The notes beneath the pieces are model-generated. The model was not told where the DNA came from. It ran no database searches and saw nothing but the letters and a program-made list of their open reading frames with translations. The translations under genes and the position numbers were made by a program. Below are positions 1 through 13,376 of a stretch of DNA of 64,000 bases, piece by piece. The stretch's first letter is position 1. Every line of letters begins with the position of its first letter. Origin of the DNA: Mytilus edulis (taxonomy: Eukaryota); NCBI RefSeq assembly GCF_963676685.1, contig NC_092346.1, positions 96,224,001 through 96,288,000 of the forward strand. Reading direction: 5' to 3'.

Positions 1-3000
1 CTGCCATATCCATTGGGAAAGGCCTATTAGGCTTCCAGTAAGTAAACCATCCAGTCACCTACAACAATAAGGAAGTACATCAGTCATGTGACTACACTTG
101 GATACCACATATCTACTTGGATAGAAAATGAAGATAAAATATCAAAATTATTTAGAGGTGAATTCATACCTATTGTGAACCTGCTTAATTGCAGTCTAGA
201 TAAATATTCAATAAATTATAACATTTTTCATTGTTTTGACACATCTGAGTATCAGTTTACTGTTACATATACATTTACCTCATATATATATATATTCTCT
301 TCCAGATATGAGAATGAGAAAGGGATTCAAAGTTACAAAATATAATAATATATTTAATTTATGTATGCTTGTGGTAGTTCTGTATACAAAACTAATTATG
401 GCTTTGTGACCCACTATACCTTAACAATGACTAATCAAATATATAAGTTTAATTGTAACAGCTGCTGAAGAAACGTTGTACTCAGTGGCGGATCCAGGGG
501 GGGGGTGCGCACCCCCCCTTTATTTTTGCCGATCAATGCATTTGTATCAGGACATATGTTTTGCACCCCCCCTTTGCCCTGGGTGCCCTGGGTTAGCACC
601 CCCCCTTTCGAAAATTCCTGCATCCGCCCCTGGTACTAACACATATTCTTCACGTGTTGTTGTACTAACACATATTCTTCACGTGTTGTTGTACTAACAC
701 ATATTCTTCACGTGTTGTTGTACTAACACATATTCTTCACATGTTGTTGTACTAACACATATTCTTCACGTGTTGTTGTACTAACACATATTCTTCACGT
801 GTTGTTGTACTAACACATATTCTTCACGTGTAATATATGTCTTTTATTTCCTATTGCCATGATGTCTTTTTTCTGCATCTAACCATAGGGGTATTTTCTC
901 CCTTTCTTTTACATCGGTTGACCTTGACCTTCAAAAAAGATCTTGGGAGAAGAAGATAATAGATACTTAGCCAGCGGTAAACAATCGTGCAAAATACTAG
1001 TCAAATTCAAGTAATGGTAGACAGATGTTGTCCTTACACTACCTCATAACAAATGAAAACTGCAAACTTGAACGTTCAAGATAAGACCTTTTGTTAATGT
1101 CATATTACAATCTAAGTTCATGTGGTGCAATTGGGTGAACTAGACATAAGCTGGTTACAAAGATAGACAAACAGATAGACAATGTCATTTTCTTAATTTG
1201 AAATATCTTAATGTGAAGAGAAAACATAAAACATCTGGCACCTTTCCATCCTTGACAACTGGCTTTTCATATCTAAGTCCTCCTACCAAACCTACAGGCC
1301 ATACTGTGACTTTCTTGGTATTTCTCATCTGAAACCAGAAAATATATTGATAAGTATCTTACAGTTGGTATATAACTGAAACTACATTTACAATCTCAAA
1401 TTTAATGGTTGTCAGTTTTGAGTTGGTATGTCTCAATTATAACCAGAAGTAAAATATATAGGTTGGTAGTTTTGTGTTGGTATATCTCATTTGAAACCTA
1501 ACATAAAATATGTTGGTTTGTTATTTTGAGTTCAAATATCTCATTAGGAATCAGCCATAAACAAATGCTGCTTTGTAGTTTTATATTGATATATCTTATC
1601 TGAAACCAGAAGTAAAATATGTTTGTTGTGTGTTTTGTATTGATATATCTCATCTGAAACCAGAAGTAAAATATGTTTGTTGTGTGTTTTGTGTTGGTAT
1701 TTCTCATCTGAAACCAGAAGTAAAATATGTTTGTTGTGTGTTTTGTGTTGGTATTTCTCATCTGAAACCAGAAGTAAAATATGTTTGTTGTGTGTTTTGT
1801 ATTGATATATCTCATCTGAAACCAGAAGTAAAATATGTTTGTTGTGTGTTTTGTATTGATATATCTCATCTGAAACCAGAAGTAAAATATGTTTGTTGTG
1901 TGTTTTGTATTGATATTTCTCATCTGAAACCAGAAGTAAAATATGTTTGTTGTGTGTTTTGTATTGATATATCTCATCTGAAACCAGAAGTAAAATATGT
2001 TTGCTGTGTGTTTTGTATTGATATATCTCATCTAAAACCAGAAGTAAAATATGTTTGTTGTATGTTTTGTATTGGTATTTCTCATCTGAAACCAGAAGTA
2101 AATTATGTTTGTTGTGTGTTTTGTATTGGTATTTCTCATCTGAAACCAGAAGTAAATTATGTTTGTTGTGTGTTTTGTATTGATATTTCTCATCTGAAAC
2201 CAGAAGTAAAATATGTTTGTTGTGTGTTTTGTATTGATATTTCTCATCTAAAACCAGAAGTAAAATATGTTTGTTGTGTGTTTTTTGTTGGTATTTCTCA
2301 TCTGAAACCTGAAGTAAAATATGTTTGTTGTGTGTTTTGTATTGGTATTTCTCATCTAAAACCAGAAGTAAAATATGTTTGTTGTGTGTTTTTTGTTGGT
2401 ATTTCTCATCTGAAACCAGAAGTAAATTATGTTTGTTGTGTGTTTTGTATTGATATTTCTCATCTGAAACCAGAAGTAAAATATGTTTGTTGTGTGTTTT
2501 GTATTGATATTTCTCATCTAAAACCAGAAGTTAAATATGTTTTTTGTGTGTTTTTTGTTGGTATTCCTCATCTGAAACCAGAAGTAAAATATGTTTGTTG
2601 TGTGTTTTGTATTGGTATTTCTCATCTAAAACCAGAAGTAAAATATGTTTGTTGTATGTTTTGTATTGGTATTTCTCATCTGAAACCAGACGTAAAATAT
2701 GTTTGTTGTGTGTTTTGTATTGGTATTTCTCATCTGAAACCAGAAGTAAAATATGTTTGTTGTGTGTTTTGTGTAGGTATTTCTCATCTGGAACCAGAAG
2801 TTAAATATGTTTGTTGTGTGTTTTGTATTGGTATTTCTCATCTGAAACCAGAAGTAAAATATGTTTGTTGTGTGTTTTGTGTAGGTATTTCTCATCTGAA
2901 ACCAGAAGTAAAATATGTTTGTTGTGTGTTTTGTGTAGGTATTTCTCATCTGAAACCAGAAGTAAAATATGTTTGTTGTGTGTTTTGTATTGGTATTTCT

Positions 3001-5596
3001 CATCTGAAACCAGAAGTAAATTATGTTTGTTGTGTGTTTTGTGTAGGTATTTCTCATCTGAAACCAGAAGTAAAATATGTTTGTTGTGTGTTTTGTGTAG
3101 GTATTTCTCATCTGAATATCCTGTTTTTATCAAAATAAAACTTCATGAAGACATTTATCTGAATTGGCATGATACAAACAGATGGAAAATTGATCATTAT
3201 ATTTAAGGTAATTACAAAAGGTAGATTTAAAAATGATCAAAATAATGTGTTTGCTTTATTATGACCTTACTTACAGTGCATTTATTTCAAACACAAATGA
3301 TTCAAAAGGCTAAGCACGCACAGGTTTTGAAAATTTGTTTCTAACATACGTTTGCATAAACTTTGACAAACTATGCACTTCCTAAAAATGCGTCTGCAGT
3401 TTGTTGTTTGTTAGTACAAACGCTACATTTGTTTTTGAACTTCAACCTTAGATATATTAAAATCAATCGAGTCCAGGACCAATCCAGTATATTTTATTAT
3501 AATCTTTTGTAATTAATTAATTTTCTATGTGCATATATTTAGAGTAATTTAGAGCTGGTATACTTACTCAGTGATTGATAAATATTTTTTCTTGTGAAAT
3601 ACATTTTTTAAAATTCATACTTGCATGCTTGTAGTATGATAATTGTGCGTGTATTTTAAGAATAGAATACTAGAATACTAATACTAATACTAAAAAGAGG
3701 TATTTCTGTTATGGTCATGTAGACCTAGCCTATCCTCATCAGGTAGCCCTATATTTTACCTTTCTTGTAATATTTTAAAATGGTTCGAATTTGATTTCAC
3801 TTATGTGCATACAATACATCTGTTTACCAACAACATGTGCATGATTGAAAGTTCAAACACGGTCAGTAAACACTTTTTAAACGATGCATTTGTTTATACT
3901 TTTGTAGCCCTTAGCAAACGATAACAAACACCACACAAGGTTTACAAAATGTTGGTTAGAAAGAAATGCACCCTTAGATGAAAGAAAAAAACAATAATCT
4001 ATCCATCCTGTATTGATGGTACTATACCTCTTGAAATATTTCTAAACTATATGTATTATCATCATCTGCGAAATAAACCACACCACCATCTCTGTTTGAC
4101 TTTACATTCTCACGAATCCACTGAAGGGCAGCATTTCTCTGCAGGACACCTTTAGGTTTAAGCCACGTTGGATCATTGTACTTCATTTTAATTTCATGAG
4201 GCGTCAAAGCTGCAAGATGTGTGTTTTTTACACCAGAATTTTGTAGAAACTTGCTAACTAAGACTGTCTTGCTGACAGAGTCTTCTACCACAATCCAGTG
4301 AATATTTTTGACATGAAGCAATGTGTGTGACAATCTTACTAAATTTGCCTTTTGTTCTGAATGGGTGTGGGTTGGTGTCACCATATAAATTATTGGTGAA
4401 TGAGAAAATTCTGTTCTCCCTGATGACATTACATTCTTTTGGCATCCTTGTAGCTGTTGAGAAAGATCACTTATCTTTTTATCAAGCTCTTTGTTTCGTG
4501 CTTTGTATTTCTTTATTAGATGTTCTATTTCTTTCTTTTTACACTCTGGGAAACCTTGAATACAAAGCACAATTAAATATCGAACTTTTAAGATATTTGT
4601 ATGTATTGAAATTGTTACCTGTTTGTTTAACACTCTTATTAACTGACAATGACAAAGTTACAAAAATACCTAGTGTTTGGCAATGTATTTCTAAATATGT
4701 TTAAGCTATTGTCTTTATACAATTGAGCTTTGCAATATTAAAGGTCATTTACACTGTCCAACAGTGCCCTAATAATCTGCTTAGTAATTGCATTACATGT
4801 CTTTTCAGACAAAGCACCCTTTTGTCCTGAGAGTGGAGCTGGATTGGAACACTGTCAATTATTGAACATGCTAAAAGCCTTGATAGGCCTCCAATTAGAC
4901 AACCTCATTGAGCTGACAATAACTAGCTTACAAGCCTTGATAGGCCTCCAATTAGACAACCTCATTTAGCTGACAATGACTAGCTTACAAGCCTTGATAG
5001 GGCCTCAATTATTTGGTTGACCATGACTGGCATGCCTTTTACTTAGACAACCTCAATCAGTTGACAATATCTACATTGTAGCTGTTAGGCCTTGATAAGG
5101 CATCCACTTATAATTATATTATCTCAGGCAGTTGACAGTGAAAACACAACAAGCATTGATAAGACATCAACTTAGACAACCTAAGTCATTTGACAATGAC
5201 TAGCTGACAAGCCATGATAGGTTTCAACTTCGATATTTCCTGAAAAACAAGTCAAAATCAGCTAACAATAACTAGCTGAAAAAAATACAATGGGGCCTCA
5301 ACTAAGGTAACCTCAGTCAGTTGACAACGACTAGCTGACAAGTTCTGATGGGACCCCAGCTTAGAAAATCTACATAAAAATTTTGATCACCTACAACATT
5401 TCAACAAAACATAAGATATAAAAGTGTGTATACTATGTATGTAATCAAAATTAAGTTAGCAAAATTTTTCTGGGCCTATAACTTTTTTTGGGTGTGTAAA
5501 ACTTTACTTACCGCAGCTTGAATAAAACCATATAAATGCAACTGTTGAAATGGCTATATATAAAAAGAAAAGTTTTCTCATACGGATCTGCACCAT
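1..5596 (-). CDS. B3GAT3: Galactosylgalactosylxylosylprotein 3-beta-glucuronosyltransferase (GT43, B3GAT3/GlcAT-I-like); 3' end outside window
   Basis: Coding exons 5596-5512 (MVQIRMRKLFFLYIAISTVAFIWFYSSC, signal anchor), 4554-4028 (IYMVTPT...HWIVVED...QRNAALQW...GVVYFADDDNTYS), 1328-1242 (MRNTKKVTVWPVGLVGGLRYEKPVVKDGK) and 58-1 (VTGWFTYWKPNRPFPMDMA). All GT-AG with matching phases; GT43 motifs recognised. Paralogue assignment is from memory of family sequences. Confidence 0.9.
483..632. mobile_element. 150-bp MITE
   Basis: TIR CAGTGGCGGATCCAGG / CCTGCATCCGCCCCTG (14/16 match); GTACT duplicated at 478-482 and 633-637. Confidence 0.8.
633..831. repeat. 29-bp minisatellite, about 7 copies
   Basis: Unit GTACTAACACATATTCTTCACGTGTTGTT. 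Confidence 0.95.
1590..3115. repeat. 57-bp minisatellite (about 27 copies) derived from the B3GAT3 splice acceptor; degenerate copies extend to about 1340
   Basis: Minus-strand unit contains TTTTACTTCTGGTTTCAG|ATGAGAAATACCAA, matching the real junction TATTTTCTGGTTTCAG|ATGAGAAATACCAAG at 1328. Confidence 0.95.
4870..5360. repeat. Degenerate ~58-bp tandem repeat in a B3GAT3 intron
   Basis: Recurrent TTAGACAACCTCA...TGACAATRACTAGCT...AGCCTTGATAGG. Confidence 0.75.
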
Positions 5597-5844
5597 TCCA
5601 ACATATCACAGGTTGAACACAGGTTATCTCATCCAATTCAAATGATGTGGTATCTTCTGAAAGTTAATCATAATTTAAATTTTAAATTAAGGAAAATAAA
5701 GTTCTTTCAAGTAGTTGTGTTACATACATGTACAGGTATACAACAATATTCTGAAAACAGTGAAAGTACATTAATTATTGATTTTTATAATCAAAGAAAG
5801 AAAGGCAAGCTGTGTTGTAGGTGGCAACCCTGGACATCTTTACA

Positions 5845-6220
5845 GTGACCATTTCTTTAAAGGATTATTGCTCTTTTATTCACTGACCACTACCAGAGTG
5901 GGTGAATATTTATATTATTTCACTGACCATTAGTAGAGTGAATGCTTGCCCTTTTATTCACTGACCATACATAGAAAGGAAGAATGCCCTTTCACTGACC
6001 ATACATAGAGAGGAAGAATGCCCTTTCACTGACCATACATGTACATAGAGAGGAAGAATGCCTTTCACTGACCATTACTAGAGTATATAATTGCCCTTTT
6101 CACAGACTGCCTCTAGTGTTGATGAATGCCCTTTTCACAGACTGCAACTTGTGTGGATGAATGCCCTTTTCACAGACTGCATCTAGTGTGGATGAATGCC
6201 CTTTTCACAGACTGCATCTA
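5845..6220. repeat. Degenerate ~31-bp tandem repeat
   Basis: Recurrent GAATGCCCTTTTCAC(TGACC/AGACT). Confidence 0.8.
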
Positions 6221-6688
6221 GGTGTAATACCACCATTGATTTTCCCCTATTAGTCTTTGTTAAATTTGCACTTTTCAAAAATTGTGCAGAATTTATTTTT
6301 GTTTCAAATAAAGAAATACTTGGCATGAGTAAAGTTTTATCCTGTCCAGTTCTATAGAAAAAATTTCACATAACATTTCATTGCATATAAGAAAATAACC
6401 ATCATTGGAAGTTAACCAATCAAATTTCTCCCCTTATTGTATCTGTGTACAAGGTTTAGTCACCATGTAACCTCAAGATTACAAAATTTTCTATAGAAAT
6501 CCCAAATAAAAAATAATGGTGTTTTGAAATATCCAAGACATATGTTTATGACAAATAAATGGTTTTACTGCAATAAAATGTAGGATTAATTACCTAGCCT
6601 ACAATGGTCAAATTCAAGGGAATATTTTTTTCTACCTACTTTCGTATACAACCGGATGTGACGTACCATGATTTGGTGGTATTACACC
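6221..6688 (+). mobile_element. Non-autonomous TIR element (~470 bp), copy 1
   Basis: TIR GGTGTAATACCACCA / TGGTGGTATTACACC; closely similar inverted copy at 26254-26709. Confidence 0.85.
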
Positions 6689-6904
6689 TAAAATGATTTT
6701 TGTGCACAGTTGATACAATATCTTAAAATCTTGATGCATCTTTGGACCCACAAGTTTTGAAAATGATGAGTCCAGACTGATTTTCCTGAGTACAGGACTC
6801 ATGGACTCCCCTTAGTGAGAACCCTGACTGTGAATGATTTCCCTTTTAACAAACCATTACAATGTACTAGGGTAGATGATTACCCTATTCACTGACATTA
6901 CATT

Positions 6905-7637
6905 AACCCTTGTAAACTTCTGGAAAAACTTTTTGATTCCTTAGTAGCCCCTATTCTCCTTTATTGTAGCGAAATCTGGGGAATTATTTCGACATTTAAA
7001 GACAGTGATGCCTATTAAAAGTTGCATATAAAATTTATTAAAGAAATTTTGGGAGTACACTGTAAGGCCTTGAATGATGCATGTCATTCCGAACTTGCAA
7101 GACAGCCATTGAAAAATAGGATAATGTTATCTAGCATTAAATTCTGGGACCATTTAATCACTTCAGAAGGAAGTTTAGTTCACCAAATATATAATGCTAC
7201 AAAAAAAAGCAACCCATATTAAAAGGTTAAATATTATTATTCAAAACTTAGGTTTATCTTATTTGTCAAATGATAACCTTACTATTAAACCCCTGTTTGG
7301 TTTTATAAAACAAAGACTAATTGACCAGGGTTTTCAGGAACAACATGCAAATATTTCAGCATCTCCAAAATTAAAATAAAAATAAAATAAATCTTATACT
7401 TAATAATACATCTTATACGGCACTAAAGTTATCTTATTCTTTCGTAACAAATTGTTTAAATGCAAGAAGTAATCTATTGCAATAGATTTTCATTATACCT
7501 TTAATCGTTTATTCACATATATATATATATAATTGTTTGTATTTTACTACCATGTATTGCAAATTGTTTATCCATTCGGTCATTACCATTTATTGTAAAT
7601 GAGTTTGTGCCAATAAAATATTGTCTATTGTCTATTG
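6905..7637 (+). mobile_element. Degraded non-LTR retrotransposon 3' end
   Basis: Translates to KLFDSLVAPILLYCSEIWG-type ORF2 C-terminal sequence with stops; ends AATAAAA followed by (TATTGTC)n. The same tail occurs at about 49483-49506. Confidence 0.6.
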
Positions 7638-7732
7638 TGTGTATTGCTGCGTGTTTGTTTTTTCTACATATGATACGGCCAAATAAGAAAGTATGTATGG
7701 TTCCAGTTACATCTGAAAAAAAGTAAGGGTAG

Positions 7733-10700
7733 TATCTTAGAGTGTTATTATAAGACTTGTTAGGCACAATAAGAAATACTAGCTGTTTCTACTTGTAATG
7801 ATTCTAAACTCATCTTGCACATAAATCTCAACGTCATAAGTAGCGTGACGTTACAATACATAGCGGTACCGCGAACGTCTAATGAACACAGTCCTGAACA
7901 TCCTGGGGGCCCGCGAATGATAATTTGAGCAATAAATAAAGAAAAATTCTTAAAATGAAATAACTATTGTCTCTCAAATGAAATAAAACTTTAACTATTT
8001 ACACTTAAACAGTCTTTATGTTTTACGGAACGGTTGAATCCAACTTTTGATTTTCTCCTTGGCATCAGTTTTTGCTTTTCTAGTTGAAGTAATAGTATTG
8101 TCACTAGAATCACACGGACTATCTGTTGATAAGAGTTCAAGTGGATATAGCTTACTTATCGGTCTAGATGTCGTACCATTTTTAGTGCGTAAAATGGCAG
8201 ACCTACAAAGTCCATCTCTCCCATAAACTAACTTAACGATAATCGCTATATTCCACATTGTCCTTGGGGTATCATCATGAATCTGTACAATGTCGCCCAC
8301 TTTAATGATTTTGGTGTTATTTCCGGTGTTTCTATGTTGTTCCCTGAGTGAAGTGAGATATTCTCGTCGCCATCTGTTCCAGAAGTCGTGAATAATGCGT
8401 TTTTGAACACTAGATTGTCTATTTGCTGTGTAATGTGTTAAGTTTTGTACGTTCTCCTCACTGTTAAAATTATGTGTTCCTGAATACGGTAAAGTTTTAA
8501 TCCGTCTTCCATAGAGAAAATGAGACGGTGTAAGCGGTTCATCATCGGTAAGGTCCGTTGATACGTGGGTTAACGGACGATCATTTAATATAGCCTCTAT
8601 CTCGGTCACAATTGTCTCTAGCACTCTAAAAGTAACTAGTGCTCGTCCTAACACTTTCTTTATGCAATTCTTGGTCAAGCCGATCAATCGCTCCCACCAA
8701 CCACCATACCATGGTGCACGCTTCGGAATAAATTTCCACTGAGTTCCATATATGTTGAGTTGTTCCTGAATAGTAGTAGATTTTGTAAGCATTTCAATTT
8801 CCTTCGCTGCTGCGGTATATGTTGTACAATTGTCAGACATCATGATTTTTGGTAACGATTTGTGGCTGGTGAATCTCCTAAACGCTAGAATGAATGTTTG
8901 CTCTGTAAGGTCTTCCACGATTTTCCAAATGCACAGCTCTAGTGTTAGCGCAGGTGAATAGACAAATATATGCTTTACTAATACTGTTGCTTTTTGTTCT
9001 CACATTCAATGCTCCTGTGAAGTCGACACCGGTTACGGTAAACGGTGGTGAATCATTAAGTCTGTCGGACGGCAGTGGTGGGGGGTCGGGTGTAAGATAG
9101 GGTCTTCCTGTAATTTTACGGCAAGTAACGTAATTACGGAGTATTGATTTCACACATTGTCGAATCGACGGAATCCAGTAAGACTGGCGAATAAATGTCA
9201 CTGTACTTTCTAATCCAGAGTGAAAATTCCTTGCGTGTGCATCCATCACAATTAATTTACAAAGTCTGTCTTTGTTCGGTATTAGTACTGGGAATTTAGC
9301 TGATTCATCAATAGGTGCATTGTTAATTCTCCCGCCACAACGGATAATGTTCATTTTGTCCATGTACAATCTAAGTTGCTTCACTAGCACATTTTTCTCT
9401 GATTTGTTATTTAAACACTCAATAACATCCGGGTATTTACGCAGTTGCGAATCTTGGATCCATGAAGTCGAAGCAGTCTGAATTTCATTGACACTAAGAT
9501 TTCCTGTTAGTTTGTCATTATTTCTACAGTTGTTTATGAATCTGTACATGTATGCTGTTATACGCAAAAGTTTTTGGTATGAGCTGTAGCGTTCTATATC
9601 CATAATTTTACTTATTCCTTCATAAGATCTGATTTTCTGTTGCGGTTCACTAGTTGATTGTCCTTGATCAATTGTAGTGCTAAGAATGTGTGATTCTTTA
9701 TTCTTCCACTGTGGCCAGTTTGATTTGTCAGTGAGCCATTCAGGTCCTTTCATCCAAAGATCCAATTCTAAGAATTTCGTTGCAGTTACTCCTCTCGATA
9801 GCATATCTGCCGGATTTGAATCTGTCGGACAGTACTTCCATTGGTATTTTTGAGTAATTTCGTTAATTTCCTTCACTCGATTACTAACGAAAACGGGTAA
9901 TTGTTTCTCAGTAGTAACAAAGTTATCTGACTGTCACTCCATAATGTGACGCTTGTAACATCCAAGTACGATTTCAAATGCTTGACGAGTCTTGCGCCTA
10001 TCAAAGCTGCACTGAGTTCTAACTTCGGGATTGTTAACTGTTTAAGAGGTGCCACTCGATTCTTTGACATGATAAGTACGGTTTCTTTTCCACTGACTAA
10101 ATATGCGCATGCTCCATAGGCTTTCAAGCTTGCATCCGTAAAAACATGTAATTCTACATTGTCTGATTTTTCTTTGAAATACGGTCTATTAATCTCCAAA
10201 TGTGAACATTCATTAATATCTTGTAGTACACACTTCCATTCTGTTGTAATTTCAGATGTAAGAGGTTCATCCCAATTTAATCCTTTCTCCCACAAAGTCT
10301 GCATAAGAATCTTACTACGCACAGTAACTGGACCAATAAGTCCGAGTGGATCATAGATTTTCGACGATTGTCTTAAAATCTCTCGTTTTGTCAGACGTGT
10401 ATCTTCAATATCTGGTATTCCGGTTTGGCGAAAGTAAGTGTGTCGTTACAAGTGTTCCATCTCAATCCAAGCACTTTTATGGGTTCATCTTTGTCTAATA
10501 CGTTGTGTGAATTTGCGCGGTTTCGCAAAAGTTGAGAATTTGAAGCCCATGAGCGCAAGTTAAATCCTGCTCTAGTGAATAAGTCTCTTGCTGTATCAAA
10601 ATATTTCAGTAATGCACTCTCTGTAGTAACGGCAAATTGGTGTAAACGAAATCTTAAAAGAATGCCGACTAAGTCATTTAAATTGGGTGGAGTAGTCATC

Positions 10701-13376
10701 AAACAATCATTAAGACTAGGCGATTCTGGTGTTGCTTTACAACTGCAGTCGTATACGACCCTAATTGGTGTTGTAGTTGAATCTTTTCTCACAGCATGAT
10801 GCGGAATATAGTGTATTTTGCTAGTTTCATCGGTCTCATTAGTAGTATCCACTTTTTCTATGAAGCCCCTTTTCTCCTGCTCTGCCATTATTTCTCCATA
10901 TTTTTCAAGTAGTTTGGGTTCTTTGCTAAGTCTTCTTATTACATTTTCCGTCCTTCGTTGTGCAATGGCTTTATTTGTCGGTAACGTAGGGTGATCCTCT
11001 TTCCATGGTAACGTTACAAAATATCTGTTGTCATGGTAACAAATTTGTTTCTCTTCATAAGTCTTTTGAATATCTATCTGTTCTTCTAACTTTGTGGTGT
11101 CAATTTTCTCGGTGGCCAGTGACTCTATTTTCCAAAATTTCTCCAAGTCGTACTCATCGGTTTTTGTTGCGATCATCACGTTCATCATTGAAGCTCTCTT
11201 GTATCCTTCTGTGTCAGAGTTGTGTGAATGTAGCGTTCCAGACAACAAGTATCCGATTTTTGATTGAACAGCTGTCGGTCCTTCGCCTCGGATAATATCA
11301 TTCTGAACAATTGACCAAAAGTAATCAGCTCCAATTAGAATAGAAATTTCAAAGTTTTCATCTGCTGTTACTGGGTGAGCTAATTTGATTCCTGACAAAT
11401 ATGTAAGTTTTGCTGCTTGGCGTACATAGGTTCTCATCGGTGCTGCGATCTCTGGAACGATCAAGACTCGAATCGGCAGTTTACCATCTGTAGTTATGAG
11501 ATATACCAATCCTGTTCTCAAATGGCGAATTTTAGTACTATTTGCATTGTCTCCAAATCCGGATAGGTTAACGATTTCAGTTCCAGTAGGCTTGAGTTTC
11601 AATTTCTCGGCTAATTCCTCTGTGATAAATGACCGCTGTGCGCCTTCATCAAACAATATTTTTGCATCAAGTATTTCATGTTCTGCACTTACTGGGTTAA
11701 TTGCTGTCTTCAAAAGTACACGATCTGGCGATTGTGAGTGTAAAACAATGTCTGGTTCCTCCGCGTTGTGTTGAATTGTGCCTACGCTTACATCCCCTGT
11801 TGGTGTGTTGTCTTCATTTGTTTTAACATTGTCTTTGCAAATGCTGGTGTGATGACGTTTGTGACACTTGTTGCAAGTTTTTGTAGATTTACATGCGGAT
11901 AAGCTATGGTGTCCTAGACAGTTAAAGCATAAGCGGTCTTTTTTCACGATTGACATTCGGCTATTGTAATCAGATACTTTAGTGCAATTAACAGGCGAGT
12001 GTGGCTCCTTACAGTACGCACAGTGTGGCTTGGGTTTAGTGTTACTTGCGTTTGTATTCTTGTTACCTCTATTTCGATTACTAGAATTTGTATTTGTCAG
12101 AAAGGCGGCGGTAGCTGTAGGGGATTCTAACTGTTCTGAAGTTTTGCCTGCATCCATAATATAAAGTTCATCGAAAATTCCACGGCGTAATTCATTCAGT
12201 TGTAAATCTGTAGATCTATATTGTCTGGCAAGATTTCTGCGGATTTCACCGGGTAGTTTGTTCATAATAATGGGCACTAAAAACGCTCCGTATGTGTCTT
12301 CACTTTGACCTAATGACTCCAAACCTCTAATGTGTATCTCAATTTCATCGTAGTAGTTTTTCATGCTAGATATCGTGTATTTAGGGGCTGGTATATCAAC
12401 TAGTGCTTGCATATACTTCTGTCTTATTACATGCGATTGTCCATATCTTTCTTGCAGTAAAGAAATAGCTTTCTCATAATTTGCATGTGTAAGCGCAAAC
12501 CCTGTGACGGTTTTCAATGCCTCATCATGGAGTAGTGACTTCAAATAATTAAATTTCTGAACGTTTCCAAGAGTAGTGTTTTCGTGAACGGATGTCTCGT
12601 ATGAATCCCAAAATGACTGCCACTGCATAATATTACCATCAAAGGTAGGAAGATTCAATTTGGGCAACTTGTTGTACTCATTTACTCTAGTGTTACTACG
12701 TGAAAACTGAGTTTCCGGTTCACGGAAGTTTGAATTACATGTATTCTGTTTAGTGTATCTCTCGGGTTGAGCATAACTTTGTTGATCATGAGCGGGTTGA
12801 GCATAACTTGACTGATCATGAGCGGGCTGAGCAGGGGCGGAATGAGAAGGGCCGCTATAACTGACGAAATCTTTTGCATTTGTATTGAGTGCGGATGTAT
12901 TGACAAGAATGAGCTTTTGTATTTGCGTTATTTTTCCATCTAATGTGTAAGCATACTCATCTGAATCGACGATCTCGGCTTCTACTTCTCCTTCATCAAG
13001 ATTTTCTAGAATGTCCTCATTTAATTTTTGTAGTGTCTCTTGTTTCTTCAACAGATTGTTCACAATTTTAGTTAACTCTTCAGTGTTCACGGGCTCATCT
13101 CCGTCGTCTCGGATGTCCTCAAATTTCTTCAAAAGTCGGGAAATAACACTTCTGTGTCCTGCACGTATCGAACGTAGTTTGGAACTCATCTTGGTCCTTC
13201 GGCACCAATATCTTAAAATGTTTTTATAAGACTTGTTAGGCACAATAAGAAATACTAGCTGTTTCTACTTGTAATGATTCTAAACTCATCTTGCACATAA
13301 ATCTCAACGTCATAAGTAGCGTGACGTTACAATACATAGCGGTACCGCAAACGTCTAATGAACACAGTCCTGAACA
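7733..13376 (-). mobile_element. BEL/Pao LTR retrotransposon, non-autonomous (RT core deleted, frameshifted)
   Basis: 168-bp LTRs at 7733-7900 and 13209-13376 (4 mismatches by eye); 5-bp TSD GGTAG (7728-7732, 13377-13381); PBS TGGTGCCGAAGG next to the 5' LTR; gag-pol remnants between. Confidence 0.95.
8016..13189 (-). pseudogene. Disrupted BEL/Pao gag-pol polyprotein
   Basis: From ATG 13189: KLPKLNLPTFDG..W..FW gag motif, three CCHC-like knuckles, protease FDEGAQRSFI, partial RT, RNase H LHVFTDAS..AYGA, integrase GVDFTG/SDN/WWERL and C-terminal FWNRWRREYL. Split over 4 ORFs by frameshifts near 10390, 9890 and 8920. Confidence 0.9.

Noticed and set aside
1630-3138. 502-aa Cys-rich repeat ORF and antisense MRNTNTKH ORFs
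   Set aside because: By-product of a 57-bp (3n) intronic minisatellite; GTG start, no gene context.
10391-13243. 950-aa ORF as a host or domesticated gene
   Set aside because: BEL/Pao gag-pol between paired LTRs with a TSD; the track's start lies inside the LTR and the real start is ATG 13189.
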